A stretch of 64,000 bases of DNA, from assembly GCA_027604505.1 (NCBI GenBank), contig JADIIX010000024.1, positions 62,001-126,000 of the forward strand. The letters are read 5' to 3'. A program made the position numbers and the translations under genes. Each line of letters opens with the position of its first letter. Position 1 is the first letter of the stretch. The notes under the pieces are model-generated. The model was not told where the DNA came from, did not search any database, and saw only the letters and a program-made list of their open reading frames with translations. Positions 49,901 to 63,584 of the stretch are shown piece after piece. The DNA is from Gonapodya sp. JEL0774 (taxonomy: Eukaryota).

Positions 49901-50490
49901 TCACCAAACCGCCATGTAGACTCGCACACAAAGCAGGAGCCACTTTCCTTTAGTCCTGAGCTGACCGATGAAGCATATGGCTCAAGCGTGACAGAGATAT
50001 CTCGTTGATTGCTTCACGCGATCGTGTGAAGGATAGCATTGCTGGTATCTGCCTTGCTGCTTTGCCCCCAAGTGTTGAAGGAACTCCCATCCACCGTGAA
50101 CTCGTGCTCATCCGTCAGCGGTAATTCACAAATACTACGGTAAGTCGCTGTATTTCGGGTGCAGCTATGTACTGCGTGCATTTATGTTGCACAGTATCTG
50201 AGGATGGAGAGGCGACAGAACAGGTCTCACGCCGGTGAGGCACTGATGCTCCGGAATCACAACCCTCATCAGTAAATTGGGGGAAAATGTCCCTTTCATG
50301 CATCTCCCCTTCGAGAGCATAGAGGCGGCAACATTGATTGCTGGGAATGTACGGATCTCTTTGTATTCGGTGTAGATGCGTCGGGAGCAAATATGGTGGA
50401 CAGAGTACCACCATCTCACAACGCAAGAAGTCTTCCTGATGTCGTGCCGCGCAAGTCGACTTGAAGAACAGAAGCATGCTGTAGGACCAT
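46946..50490 (-). other. Possible uncharacterised or decayed multi-exon gene
   Basis: Scattered short reading frames flanked by minus-strand splice-like signals. No family recognised and the exon chain could not be assembled. Confidence 0.2.
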
Positions 50491-50971
50491 TAGGTCATAG
50501 CAAAAAATATCCTGCACGTACATAGTTTTCGTTTCATTCTGCAATTGAGGAGAATGCAGTGGACGGTGTGCAAAGTAGATTTTATTGTGTGAGAACAACC
50601 TGTGCGTTATAACAGTAGCTGCGAAAACTTCCCAAACCGAACGGGAAAACGGGGATTTCATAGAGGCGAATACCGCTTTTGGGTCTCAAAATGGTGTGTT
50701 ACGAGATAGGACGTCACTAGGAAGGGGGGTGGGCTGTGCAATAGAATTGTTTATGATGAAAAGGATACCCCGCTCCCCCACAACACACCCTGTCTACCGT
50801 TTCTGCCCCACCACGCAAATTCTCCACAAGTTTCCCTTGCCGCTCACCCCAGTAAGTGTTCCATTGCGGATTCGTCTCAATTTCTCAATCCGCCAATCGC
50901 AGCTGCTTTAACCAGAGATTCTCGTTGCTTGTCGCTTTCTCTGCCACAATATTTCCCGAATCTCTGCAGCG

Positions 50972-52535
50972 ATGGCGTCCTCACCTCTGCCGGGTTCCGA
51001 AAGCTCCGTCACGGCCATCACTGATCAGTTGGCTGCGCAATCACTGCAAAACCTCGAAAATGTGAACAACTCAGCGGCTCCTGCTTGTTCCCAGAGCCCT
51101 TCATATTCTTTCCTGGAAGCCATCAAAGGGTGTGACGCCACTTCCCATGTCCACACAAGTTGGGAAAACGCTCGAGTAAATCATACCGCATCTTCTCTGC
51201 CGCCATCCCTCTCGTCGCTCCGTGGTGCCTCGGTCAAGCCGACTGATGGTATCGTCTCTCACGGCCGGTTCGTGGAAGACCACCACACCACTTTTCCATC
51301 TCCCTCCGTCACCCTGGCCGAGCCGCTCGAAATCTCTTATGTAACTCGCGAAGAAGGTGGTGGTGCGAACATTATCAGGGCCCATTCCCTCAATCTTCCC
51401 AGAGCAGCTGGTCAAAGTATGTGGTCACCCAACGTGAGTACTCATCTATACCCCTCTTACACACGCTGTTCTTGCGCAATTGTCTTCTAGCTTATTTAAC
51501 GTTCACGTGTGCTCCAGTACTCCTGTCGATCTCCAACCGGCGTGTCGCGTTGCGGCTCGGAGGACCACACATCCAACCTCGTACGCAACAATAGCTTGCC
51601 GGTTCGACCAGTAGCTCGTCACAGCAAACCGCGCCCTAAGTTGACTGTTGTGACGGACAGAGCACGACTCGAGCAGTCTCGACGCGCTTCGAGAGCTGCG
51701 CTGGCCTCCACCCTCGAGATACCCGCTCACAATGCCCGCGTTAGTGCCTCTTCCCAGTCGATGCTCACGACCACTTCGGCTTCGCTCTTGTCACTGCCTA
51801 CCTCTATTCTACGTCCCCTCTCCGCGGCAACTCAGGGAGGTCTGGTGACCGCTACAAGTACGGGAAGCATTACGACCGCCTTTGTAGGAAGAAGCGCTCC
51901 TTTGGCCACGCCGGCTGTTTGTGAGAACAGAAAGTTGAAGGATAAAGATGGGGAGAGATGGGAAGAGGTGTTTGGAAGCTCGCCTCCGAAAGATAGTGAC
52001 AAGCCTGTGTTTAGCATCGTCACCACAGACTGGAAGCGGTGAGCTCATGCATCCCCTCTTGTTCACCAGGCACAGCTAATATGCTTTTTGTGTTTTATGC
52101 AACGTCAGGTCACACTACCTCCAACAACAGTCCCCACTATCATCAACGACGGCCTGTTCCTCTCCATCTTCCCCTTCATCTGCGGTGCCAATTGTGTCGG
52201 GAACTCGCCTTTCTCCCGTTGTATCACGCGTGGGGAACAGTGCCTATCAGACCATTCGCACGCGCCCATCTCGAGCTTTCCCGCGCTCACCATTCCCCCG
52301 CCATGAACTCAGCCCAGTCCCGTCACCGAGTCCTGCTCCATCGGACTCTATCTCTGTTCGTGGGGAAGCCCGCCAGTTTTCTCTCTCACCGCGACCGAAA
52401 ATGACGTCGAGGAGGACAAGGTCGACTGGGCGAGTGGCTGCTGCGTGTATGGTGGATCCTGGATCGCCAAGATGGCTAAGCGGTGGTACAAGCCCCGTTG
52501 GTCTGGAGCCTAGGTGGGAGATGGAGGGTTGGTGA
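50972..52535 (+). CDS. Ser/Pro-rich, probably disordered protein (3 exons), function unknown
   Basis: Three successive reading frames separated by GTGAG...CAG introns; the last junction (DWKR|SHYLQQ) is in frame; ends WEMEGW*. Confidence 0.55.
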
Positions 52536-53349
52536 TGGAACGTGGCTCCCTCGCAAGGGTGCTTTTGTTTGTGCTGTTCCTAGGAAGATGTCTCTGAAGG
52601 GAGCTGGACTCTCTAACTTGTATCATGGCAATCGATCGCTGGACGATCCCCACTTCTTCAAGTTACTCTCTACTCATCGCTTTACCGTAACAAAGGATCG
52701 CGGGACGAACCATACAAAAAATGCCGCTGGACGGCCTGGACGCACATCACCTGGACACAAAACTATCACTTCAAACGCACTTTCAAACACCAAGGACACT
52801 TGAACGCAGGCGTTCGTAATAATTTTTTTATCGTACACTTCCTGGACACTGTAATGATTTATTGTAAATATTTTCCGGCCCAAAGAATTCCTATGGGAGA
52901 CACCTTACTTCCCTGTAAGCAGCTACACTTAGTGAGACGGCACGCAATAATATTCGAATGATCTAACGGTACTCTTCCACCGTGAATCTCTAGAGATTTA
53001 ATTTCGGATTACGGAACACTAATACGTCTTTTAGGGTAGACTTCTTTGGTTTCACAAGGTTCGATCTCATTTACCGTCGACTCCAGCACAGGACCTCCGT
53101 CGACATGAATGAGATTAAGCTTCTCGTACTACGTGTTTCAACACTATTGCTGGCATATATTTGCTGGGTGAGCGCTTCAAGGACGATAAAACCAGATCGA
53201 TATCAGAGCTGAAGTCGAACAAGATCGGACGTCGCAAATTCGTGTCAATTAATACGAAGTGATATCAAACAGACGTAGAGGGTACTCCAACAATTAATTA
53301 GTGGTTTTCGTCTCCCCGTTAACAGTTATCTTCCAACTCTCCCATCCCT

Positions 53350-55644
53350 TCACCAGATGTACCTGAAACTAAGCGCCCTATCTCCGAGCTTGGGAGCCTC
53401 CTCCCTGAGGTATCTCTCCTTCTCTTTCTCGTCCAACTTTGACCACTTGGCTTCCCGGATACGGTTGAGATATCCGAGTTGGATGCGTCGCAGAACAACT
53501 ATTGAGATCGCGATGCAAAGAATTCCGATGGAAGATCCAAGCGCACGTCGGAAGCCAGGCTTGTCATCTAAGCAGATGGAGTTCGATGAACCTTACCGTC
53601 AATATGATCCGGCCGTCACGATCAAACAACGCTGAACTCACCGTCCTTGTACAGCCACACACCCATGGCTCCGGAAATGTTGACGGAAATAATGTACATG
53701 GAGAAAATGATGGCACGCTTGCCGTTGGGAGCGACATTCGCCGCTTGCCAGCTTGCATTCACGGCATGCCACGGAAGGAAGAATCCGACGGTGAGAATGA
53801 GCTACGAGTCACACGGATATGAGATGGAGTGAGGCACTTAAAGAAAGCAGAAAGCCGCAGATATATGGTGCTCACCGAGAAGTAGGCACCAGCCTGAGAC
53901 TTGGAAGCCGGAATGAGCAGGTTCAAAATGTAACCCAGAGTTAAGCCGGACATTCCAAATGCAATAACCTTGTAACAACCCGCGTTCATCAGCTTCGCAA
54001 CACACCATGTGATAATTGAGCGCGATCAAGTCTCACCTGCCACTTGATCTTGTACCTGTCGGCGATATAGCCAGAAACGATTTGGTTAATGAGGTGCACA
54101 ACTAAGAATCAACGATTGAAGGTTACATGCATCCACGACCGATAACAGAAAATTCGACAAGAAAAGACAACACACCATTTCCTGGAATCGTGAGCACGTT
54201 GGACAAGAGAGCGTCGAAACCAAACGATTGAATAATCAAGGGGGAGTAGAGAGCGAAGCCCGAAGTGACAAGCTGGTTCAGGAACGCGAAGATCAAGTTT
54301 GGCCACACGTTCCAGTCACTGATTGCGGCCCAAACTTCGCTCAGAGGAACGAAGTGACGTCCCTTGACAGCCTTGGTGGGATCATCCTTTAGGATACGGG
54401 TCACGGCGATTTGACGTTCGCGCTCAGTGAGGCGCTTGCTGGACTGTGGTACGTCGTGGAGCAGGAAGAACGACGCAATACCAGCAAGAACAGTAGCAGC
54501 ACCCCTATGAAGCGGCATGGAAGGATATGAGGTACTCTGTTGGTTGATTCAAACGAGAGAAAACTCACTCGAGGCCGAAAAGCCATTGCCATCCCTTGAG
54601 CCCTTGAATGCCGTCCATACGAAGAATACCAAATGCAAGCAAGCCACTGAATGTCGCAGACAAGTTATTGCACGCCCAAAAATATGAAAGACGAGTAGCG
54701 AGTTCGCCTCTCTTGTAGTGGAAAGAAAGGTACAGCACAACCCCGGGAATCCATCCAGCTTCGAAAGCGCCAATCAGAAATCTTGTGGCGAGGAAAGTCG
54801 GTGGGTCATGGATGAACATTTGGAACGTCGAGACGACACCCCAGCCAACCATGAGAGTTGGTAGCCAAATCTGATAGAGTGAGTACTATCTGGTCAAAAT
54901 CAATCGCCCACCGACATCAGGGGAACTTCACACTTACATGAGCTCCAACCTTCTGAATAACCTGTGTGAAGGGTAATTTATCCAGTTTGAGTTTGATGTG
55001 TTACAATCAGGGGTTTCCCGGCAGGTCTCACTCACGATATTGGAGGGGATCTCGAACACGCAGAAGCCAACAAGCAGCATAGTCGAACCAAGATTGATAG
55101 TGTCTGTCGTCCCACCAATGCTGCCAAAAAGACAACTGTCAGCAACATGAACGATGATAATGGGTGCACATTCACAAACTCACGAGGCGGTGAAGTTGTT
55201 CGTGAGAGCGTTACTGATGTTTTGGCGGTCCAAGTTCTGTAATCGCGTTCGTGGCCGTTAGAAGAAAACTTAAGAGCTCAAAGACACAAACCGAGACTAA
55301 CCAAGAAGATGAACAGGAAGATAACCGTGGGCATGATGGTGAGATCGAACTTCCGGACGAGCTAGTGGTGGATGACGGGGTTCTTACAATCTGCGTACCG
55401 GTGGTTGCAGACCGAGTGCGTTCACAGTACCTGTTTTTCTTCTTCTTCCGTCCATACGAGGTTGGGGTTCCATCCGGGGATTTCGGCATCTTTTATCGGG
55501 AACCTTTGAGATTTCAGGGGGACGGGAGACGGTGAATTGGCAGTGCTCACCGATAATGTGATCAAGTAACTCTTCCGCTTCCGAAACAAAGTTATCAGTA
55601 GCAAGGAGCTCCTTGCTTTCTGTTTTGATCTTGGTTTCTGCCAT
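53350..55644 (-). CDS. MFS transporter, Dal5/Tna1 (anion:cation symporter) family, paralog 1
   Basis: LDRQNISNA, FEIPSN, RFLIGAFEAGWIPG, YKRGELATR, GLKGWQWLFGLE, WQAANVAPNGKRA, FRYIW*. Confidence 0.93.
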
Positions 55645-56124
55645 AGGTTGATTGATGGAAGAGCAAGGTGGACCAGGGAACGGAAAACGGTTGAGAAAGA
55701 AACCGAATGGGATCAGGATGGAGTGGAAGAAGAAATGCAGGGTTTAAAAGTGTGGGGACTTTCGCCGACTGTAAAAGACCCCTACATGCGCTATTATTGT
55801 GTGATGAGGACGGAATTCGCGTTTCTTGCGCGATGAGGCCACAGACCGATCGGTCGCCGTGGGGTCCGAAAACCTGCAAAAACAAAACTTTCATTTCCAG
55901 TGAGGCCCCGATTGACTCCGACTCTCCAATCGATTTTCAATGTCGGCTGCGTCGATGAATTAGCCTCTTGGACTGTTATGTATTACAAACTGCGGCACGC
56001 CGGTCACATATCACCATGGACGCGACAAATACTACTCGCAACTAACGAATAAGTAGTTTCAAAGGCTTCATAACTTGCTCAACGAAGTCACTTTCTTGGA
56101 GTCTGTGTTATGTCTGTTCCCATC

Positions 56125-58416
56125 TCACCATATGTACCTGAAACTAAGTGCCTTATCACCAAGCTTGGGTGCGTCCTCCCTGAGGTACTTATCCTTCTGC
56201 TTTTCGTCGAGCTGCGACCACTTGGCTTCCCGCATGCGGTTGAGGTATCCGAGCTGGATGCGACGCAGGATAACAATCAAAAGTGCAGCGCACAAGATAC
56301 CGATTGAGGTACCCAGAGCGCGACGGAAGCCGGGCTTGTCATCTAATGAAGTCAAGAGGGAATGATTCTGGTTTTCATATGCAGTTCTGTCCCACACTGT
56401 CGACTCTCACCGTCTTTGTAAATCCACAGACCCATGGTACCAGAAATGGTAACCGAAATAACGTACATGGAGAAAACAATGGCACGCTTCCCGTTGGGAG
56501 CGACATTCGCCGCTTGCCAGCTGGCGTTTACGGCGTGCCAAGGAAGGAAAAATCCGACGGTCAGGACAAACTTGGTCACGTGATCAGGACGACATCAGTG
56601 ACGAGCCGACAGGATGTCTGTTGTGTACGATGATCAGCTCACCGAAAAGTAGGCACCAGCCTGGGATTTTGAAGCAGGAATCGCCAGATTGAGGGAGTAG
56701 CCCAAGATCAGACCTGAGATGCCAAATGCGATGACCTTGGAGGAAGCGATTGTCGACTGTAAGTTCAAATGATGGAACATTGGATGTTAAACTTTGATTA
56801 ACGCACCTGCCATTTCATTCGGTACCTATCAGCTACGTAGCCGGAAACGATCTGATTGACGAGGTGCAAAGCTTTCATTCACCACAACCAACGACATCCG
56901 TATCAAAAGTACGTGTGAGGACGTGGGGTTTCATCGTTATAGAAGTGGCGAGCAGTTCTCACCGTTTCCAGGGATCGTGAGGACATTCGACAAAAGGGCG
57001 TCATACCCAAACGACACAATAATCAATGGCGCGTAGAGGGCAAAGCCGGCAGCGACAAATGTGTCTAGGAAGGCAAAGATCAAGTTCGGCCACACGTTCC
57101 AGTCGCTGAGCGCGGCCCAGACTTCTTGTAGAGGAACAAAGTGCCGTCCCTTCACAGCCTTGCTCGGATCATCCCTGAAAATACGTGTCACAGCAATCTG
57201 ACGTTCACGGTCGGTCAGGCGCTTGTTGGCCTGAGGGACATCGGAGAGGAGCCAGAAGGACAGCACACCAGCAACCACGGTCGCTGCACCTCTGGTGAAG
57301 AAGGAACTGTTGTCAGTCTCGAATGAAGCAGAAAAAGGGGACACCACTCACTCAAGCCCAAAAAGCCACTGCCACCCTTTGAGGCCTTGAACGCCGTCCA
57401 TGCGAAGGATACCAAAGGCGAGTAAGCTACCGAGCACAGCTGACAGATTGTTACACGCATAAAAGTAGGACAACCGCGTGGCAAGTTCGTCTCGCTTGTA
57501 GTGTAGAGACAGATACAGCACCACGCCAGGTACCCATCCAGCCTCGAAAGCACCAATAAGGAACCTCGTGGTAAGAAAAGTCGTTGGGTTGTAGATGAAC
57601 ATTTGGAATGTCGACACAAGGCCCCAGCCAACCATTAGAATAGATAACCATATCTATCGGAAAAGAATTGAAATATTTGAGTAAGCAACTCCCCACATCC
57701 TATCGCGTAGAAGAAAGTGTGCCCCACATGAGGTCCAATCCTTTGAATGACCTGATTTGAGCATCGTTAACGCCACCAATTTCAAAGCGAAGACAGCAAT
57801 AACGTCGTACCATATTGGAAGGAATCTCAAATATGCAGAAGCCAATAAGCAGCATAGTCGAACCAAGATTAATGGTTTCCGTCGTTGCTCCAATACTTGA
57901 CATGAAATGACACCGGTTATTGAATGTCATGCCGGACGGTTATCCTCAAACTCACGAGCCAGCTAAGTTATTTGTGAGAGCATTACTGATGTTTTGGCGG
58001 TCCAAATTCTTTGAATGTGTGGGAAGTACCGCAGCGTCAGAGTTCAGCGCACGAACAAACATGAAACAATCCCACTAACCAGGAAAATGAAAAGAAAAAT
58101 GACCGCTGGCATGATACTAAGGTCGAACTTTCGAACAAGCTGCGGTACGCAGGTTCGGGATGAATCCGCTCGATGAGGCGTCCGTTTCGGAAAGAGATGG
58201 TACCTTCTTCTCCTCCTCTTCCGTCCACACAAGATCGGGGCTCCACCCAGGAATGCCGGGGGCTGTTTTTGGGCGAAAGTTATGAGTGGCTTTGTGACAT
58301 TCCCCGAAATGGCGGCGCTCACCAATGAAGTGCTCGATCGCGTCCTCGACTTCTGAAACATAGTTCTTGGAGGCCAGGAGCTCCTTGGTTTCCGTTTGAG
58401 TCCCGCTTACCGCCAT
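56125..58416 (-). CDS. MFS transporter, Dal5/Tna1 family, paralog 2
   Basis: Same motifs and matching intron positions as paralog 1. Confidence 0.93.
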
Positions 58417-59301
58417 TCAATGTCTGCAAGCTGAAAATGATACGATATTGGCAAGCAAGCAAAGCGGCTTATGAAGTATTGGACGTTATATATTTGTCAA
58501 GTTTCCCCGTGCCCTTGCGAATAATATATGCAACCTTTTCGACACTGCCGTAGTCCAGGCTTTTTGCTTCCAGAAATCGCCCCACGCGATCGCTCTCATG
58601 GCAGTGCGGTCATAATAACTCCACGCTGGTGCCTTCCAATTGAATGGTTGATTAGTACCATGACTCCCCAACTCCTCAACATTGCACCTAAAAACGCATT
58701 CTAATACATCACGGCACAGGAACTTTAAACTGCGTGCGTTGATCCAGCCGTTTACAAATGTATCTGTCGCGTGTACAGATAATATAGGTCTCAGACGGCG
58801 GATGCTTCCGGTCATTCCTCACACAGGCGGTGATGACTCCGGCGGATCTCTCTCCGCCCTGCCGCTATTGAGGTGAGCCCCTAACTCTTGCAACTTCACG
58901 AGCGACCGCATGCCCTTCTTTATTTGTACGTTTGCTTTTGGAAGTCGGGGAAAGAATCGGATGCGGTCGGGAGGATGTGATAATCGTGGGGACTTTTGTA
59001 CGTTGATCAAAATGAGTTCCACATTGTCTCACATGCAAGTATTTTCGTTTTTCATATTTGGTTTCGGATTCCGTTTCAGGATGGTGCAAGAAGGTTTGTT
59101 GTCCAGGTTTCGCCGGTCACTAGCTGCGCCACTACTCAGGGACAAGACATTGCCCAATATGTAGCGCAGTCCAAATTATTGTGCTATCCTTTTGAAATAA
59201 TATAAAAACACCTTCGAAAACGAGATTACTCGATCCTGTGCACATCTTTATTGGAGCTCACCTCGTATTCTCGTATTCTACATCTCCTCCGTTTCGACAC
59301 C

Positions 59302-61656
59302 ATGTCAGACAACAAACTCAAATTGGAGAGCAAAGAGCTCCTGTCTACAGATAACTTTGTCCCTGAGGTGGAGGATGCGTTGGAGGAGCTTATAGGTTGG
59401 TGTGCTGTCTGTGTGTTTCTTGTTTCCTTCTCCAGTGAAGTGACCACAAAATCCGTTTCCACACTATTACACATTCATATTGACGCAGATGTCGATATCC
59501 CAGGCTGGAATCCCCACCTCGTGTGGACAGAAGAGGAAGAAAAGAAGGTGGGTGTCCCTTGTCTCGTGATCTGTGTGGCTCAATCACGACTAACCACATA
59601 ACGTGTCCCTTCTCCATTTAAACGCAGCTCGTTAGGAAATTCGATCTCACAATCATGCCAGCGATAATCTTCCTTTTTATCTTTTTGGTCCGTCTTTCTG
59701 TTATTCTCGAGGAACCGCACTTACTTCTGACAGTGTTTATCGTGCATCTACAGAACTTGGACCGCCAAAACATCAGTAACGCTCTCACGAACAACTTCAC
59801 CGCCTCGTGCGTTTGTGAATGAGCATCCTCCATCATTGTTCATATTGCTAACAGTTTTCTGTTTGCCAGCATCGGCGGCACGACTGATACCATCAATCTT
59901 GGTTCGACCATGTTGCTTGTTGGCTTCTGCGTTTTTGAGATCCCCTCCAACATCGTATGTTGTCTTGGCTTGTCACTGATGATTCGCTATCATTACGCTA
60001 AAACTCGCTATGTCACCATTCTCAGATCATTCAAAAGATTGGACCACATGTGGGCATCACGCGATTCAATTTCTCATTGAAGCTCATTAAAAATCTCGTT
60101 TTCTTCTACCTCAGCGGTGGCTTCCGGCTCTCATGGTCGGGTGGGGTCTAGTGTCCACGTTCCAAATGTTTATCCACGACCCGCCAACGTTCCTCGCCAC
60201 CCGGTTCCTGATCGGTGCCTTCGAGGCCGGGTGGATTCCCGGTGTCGTGCTCTACCTCTCTCTGCACTACAAGCGAGGCGAGCTCGCAACCCGTCTTTCG
60301 TATTTCTGGGCCTGCAACAATTTGTCGGCGACGTTCAGCGGGTTGTTGGCCTTTGGTATCCTTCGCATGGACGGTATTCAAGGTCTCAAGGGATGGCAGT
60401 GGTTGTTTGGACTTGAGTGAGTGGGACAATAGTCCTGACGATACTCTGTAACATGAACTGATTCTCCTTTTTCTTCGTGCGGCTCGCTAGAGGTGCAGCG
60501 ACCGTGATCGCGGGCTTCCTCGCCTTTTTCCTCCTTCCTGAAGTCCCTCAAGCCAGTTCTCGTTTGTCTGACCGTGAACGTCAGATCGCTGTGACTCGTA
60601 TTCTCAAAGATGACCCCAGCAAGGCGGTCAAAGGTCGGCACTTTGTGCCCCTCAGAGAAGTCTGGGCTGCACTCAGCGACTGGAACGTGTGGCCCAACTT
60701 GATTTTCGCTTTCCTCAACACGCTCGTTACGTCGGGGTTCGGTTTGTATTCGCCCTTGATTATCCAATCCTTTGGGTACGATGCACTGCTGTCCAACGTT
60801 CTCACGATCCCGGGAAACAGTGAGTTCTTTGTTGTTCGATCGCATTCAACACCTATGATTTCACATGGATCAAAAATGTTTTCGAAACATAGTTCTACAT
60901 CTCCTCAACCAGATCGTTTCAGGTTACGTTGCGGATAGGTTCAAGATCAAGTGGCAGGTAGGCTTTGTCTGCTTTCAAAACACATGTCCACGGACTTTAA
61001 ACCAAAACAACTCGGGCACTACTAGGTTATTGTGTTTGGAATCGCGGGTCTGACGCTTGGCTTCATCCTCAACTTAGCAATTCCTGCTTCAAAATCACAA
61101 GCGGGGGCTTACTTCTCTGTGAGTTCCATATCCTCCTTCTCCCTCGTTTGCCTAATCTCCGAATTTCACCTGTACAATTTGATCGTGCAAAAAAAATCAG
61201 CTTATCCTTACCGTCGGGTTCTTCCTTCCGTGGCACGCCGTGAACGCAAGCTGGCAAGCCGCCAATGTCGCACCCAACGGCAAACGCGCCATCATATTTT
61301 CCATGTACATTATGTCGGTAAACATTTCCGGAGCCATGGGTGTATGGCTGTACAAAGATGGTGAGATTGATAGTGTTACTGTGTGGTCATGCTAGCTGGA
61401 GCAGACTGAACTTCATGTTCGTCAAACTCATCTGTTAGATGACAAGCCCGGTTTCCGCCGTGCACTTGGATCCTCGATCGGCATTCTCGGCATTGCCCTC
61501 GCCATTGTTATATTGCGACGCATTCAGCTCGGATACCTCAACCGTATTCGCGAGGCCAAGTGGTCCAAGTTGGATGAAAAGCAGAAGGAGAAGTACCTCA
61601 GGGAGGAAGCGCCCAGGCTTGGTGACAAGGCGCTCAGCTTCAGGTACATTTGGTAA
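59302..61656 (+). CDS. MFS transporter, Dal5/Tna1 family, paralog 3 (inverted)
   Basis: Same motifs and matching intron positions; runs MSDNKLKLESKELL to FRYIW*. Confidence 0.93.
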
Positions 61657-62098
61657 AGATCTGAGAGACACGGCCACGGGCGGTTGTGGGAGAACTGGGA
61701 TGCACGGCTTTGTTTGAAATGTGCAGGCGTGGGGAGGTCGGTCGGCTTCTAATGTCTTTAATTGGGAGAGGTGGAAGAGTAATTGATCTTATTCACGCAC
61801 TCAAATATCTCTAATGTAATGTCAAGTCTTATCTGACATCGTACGAGTTCAGTCACTTACAATATACGTGGTACACTAGTTGTTGAGCGTAAATGCTTTC
61901 TGCCCAACTGCTTCCCGGGAAGGCAAAGACATTGAGGAAGAGTATGAATAAACTGCCGTGATTAATACTCGCATGACAAAGTACTCTCAGCGACCTTCAC
62001 CTCCACTCACTCAATTATTGCGCCCTGTGGAGTTTAGTTCGGTAGAGGCAGTCCACAGCAGTTCCCCACTGAAACCATTCAACCTGTTGTTGGGCAGG

Positions 62099-63584
62099 AT
62101 GTCTGGGCTTTCTCTGAGACTTGGAGCAGGCCAACGAATATGTGCGCTTTGTCCGCTCACGCGTTTTTCTTTGCCGGACTTGCGTGGTTCATTCAATTCC
62201 CATTTCCCTCACAAAGCTCCATATCAGCGACTGTTCGATATTCCAGCTTCTGTAAACCCGAAATACGCTCCTAAAGAGGTTTGTAGCTCGTAAATGCTGT
62301 CGCCTGTTTCTCCATCGTCTCCCTCACGATGCTCTCGGTCACTTCTTGTCCATCCAAACAGGTGATCCCTCAACCCCTCGTTCACATCGACCCAGACGCT
62401 CTCGCCCGACTCGACTACACCTTTCAGTTTCAAAAAGATCTCATTCGGGAAGTCGAGGACTTCAGGCGTGACCGCAAGGACACTGCGGAAAGGATAAAGA
62501 AGTGGAAGGAGGCTAAGGCAGCCCCTCGGGAAAGGGAAGTGGAAAGGACAGCGACAGATCACGAGCAGAGCGCAGTGACGACAAATGGACTCGTTTCTGC
62601 GATGCCTGGAGTGCCGGCCGTCAGCACACAACACGCGCCCGCATCCGGACAAGGCAATCCACCTAACCTTGGGGCAGTTCCCACCGGTCGTCCACTTCCT
62701 CCTGCTCTGCCCCCCCGGCGCGACCCTTCCGCCACCTCCGCCACAAATTTAAATCAAGCGGTGCCATCAGGAGGTGGAGGAGGTGGTGGTGGTGGCACGC
62801 CTCCACTCGACGCAGGCCGGATAGGGGGAAACGGAAGTTACCTAACAACGACGCCGCCCAGAGACACTGGTCGAACGGGTGACACAGGCGTTAGTACCAG
62901 CGTGGGTGCAGGTCAGTTGGCTCTATCGGAAAAGCCGTCTTTGCTTCTTCCTCTCGCACGCACCATCACACTGGCTCATTCCGTCCCCGTCCGCTCCCGC
63001 AAGGTCCCAACACCGCATTTGCCCCGCCTCGCCCAAATGTCCTCGTTCCTGACGCTCAACCCATGCCTCTCCACGCTCGCGCACAATCCCAAACAGGTCT
63101 AGGCATTCACTCGTGGGAAACCAATCACGACGCGAGCAACCCCGTTCCCCTTGGGAGAGTGAGTCTCGCGCTCTTTCCTCCGCCCTACGTGAATTATTTC
63201 ACGTTTCACAACCCCCAACCTGTACCTTACTTCCCGCCTCCCCACCAGGCCGCCTCCACATCCACCCTCGCCGCTTTCGACCCCGTTCCTCCCACAGACC
63301 CTTGGGACGTTGTCGTCACATCCCGCGACGCACTTCGGGACATCTACGGTTCTGGCGCGGGCACAGGCACAGGCACTGGTGTAGCACCCTCTCCCCCACC
63401 CCAACAGGGCCTTCCACTGCAGGGACAAACCGGGCACAGTCAGTACTACCCACCACAACAGCAGAATCGACCGACACCGCCACCTCCGCCGCCAAGAGGT
63501 GGAGTGGCGATGCCGGGGATGATTGGGGGTCAGGCGTTGCAAGGGTTGGGACAGGGGATGCAGGGGTACGGGAGGGGATATTAG
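62099..63584 (+). CDS. UBAP1/UMA-domain-like protein (candidate ESCRT-I subunit)
   Basis: Spliced LFDIPASVNPKYAPKE|VIPQPLVHIDPDALARLDYTFQFQKDLI resembles the UMA domain (xxDVPF..KF.......YDFSLEK). Later FDPVPPTDPWDVVVTSRDALRDIY, then a P/Q/G-rich tail. Confidence 0.55.

Noticed and set aside
46946..50490. Transposon or nameable gene in the region after GT2
   Set aside because: No transposase, RT or integrase motifs or terminal repeats found, and no consistent exon chain; left unresolved.
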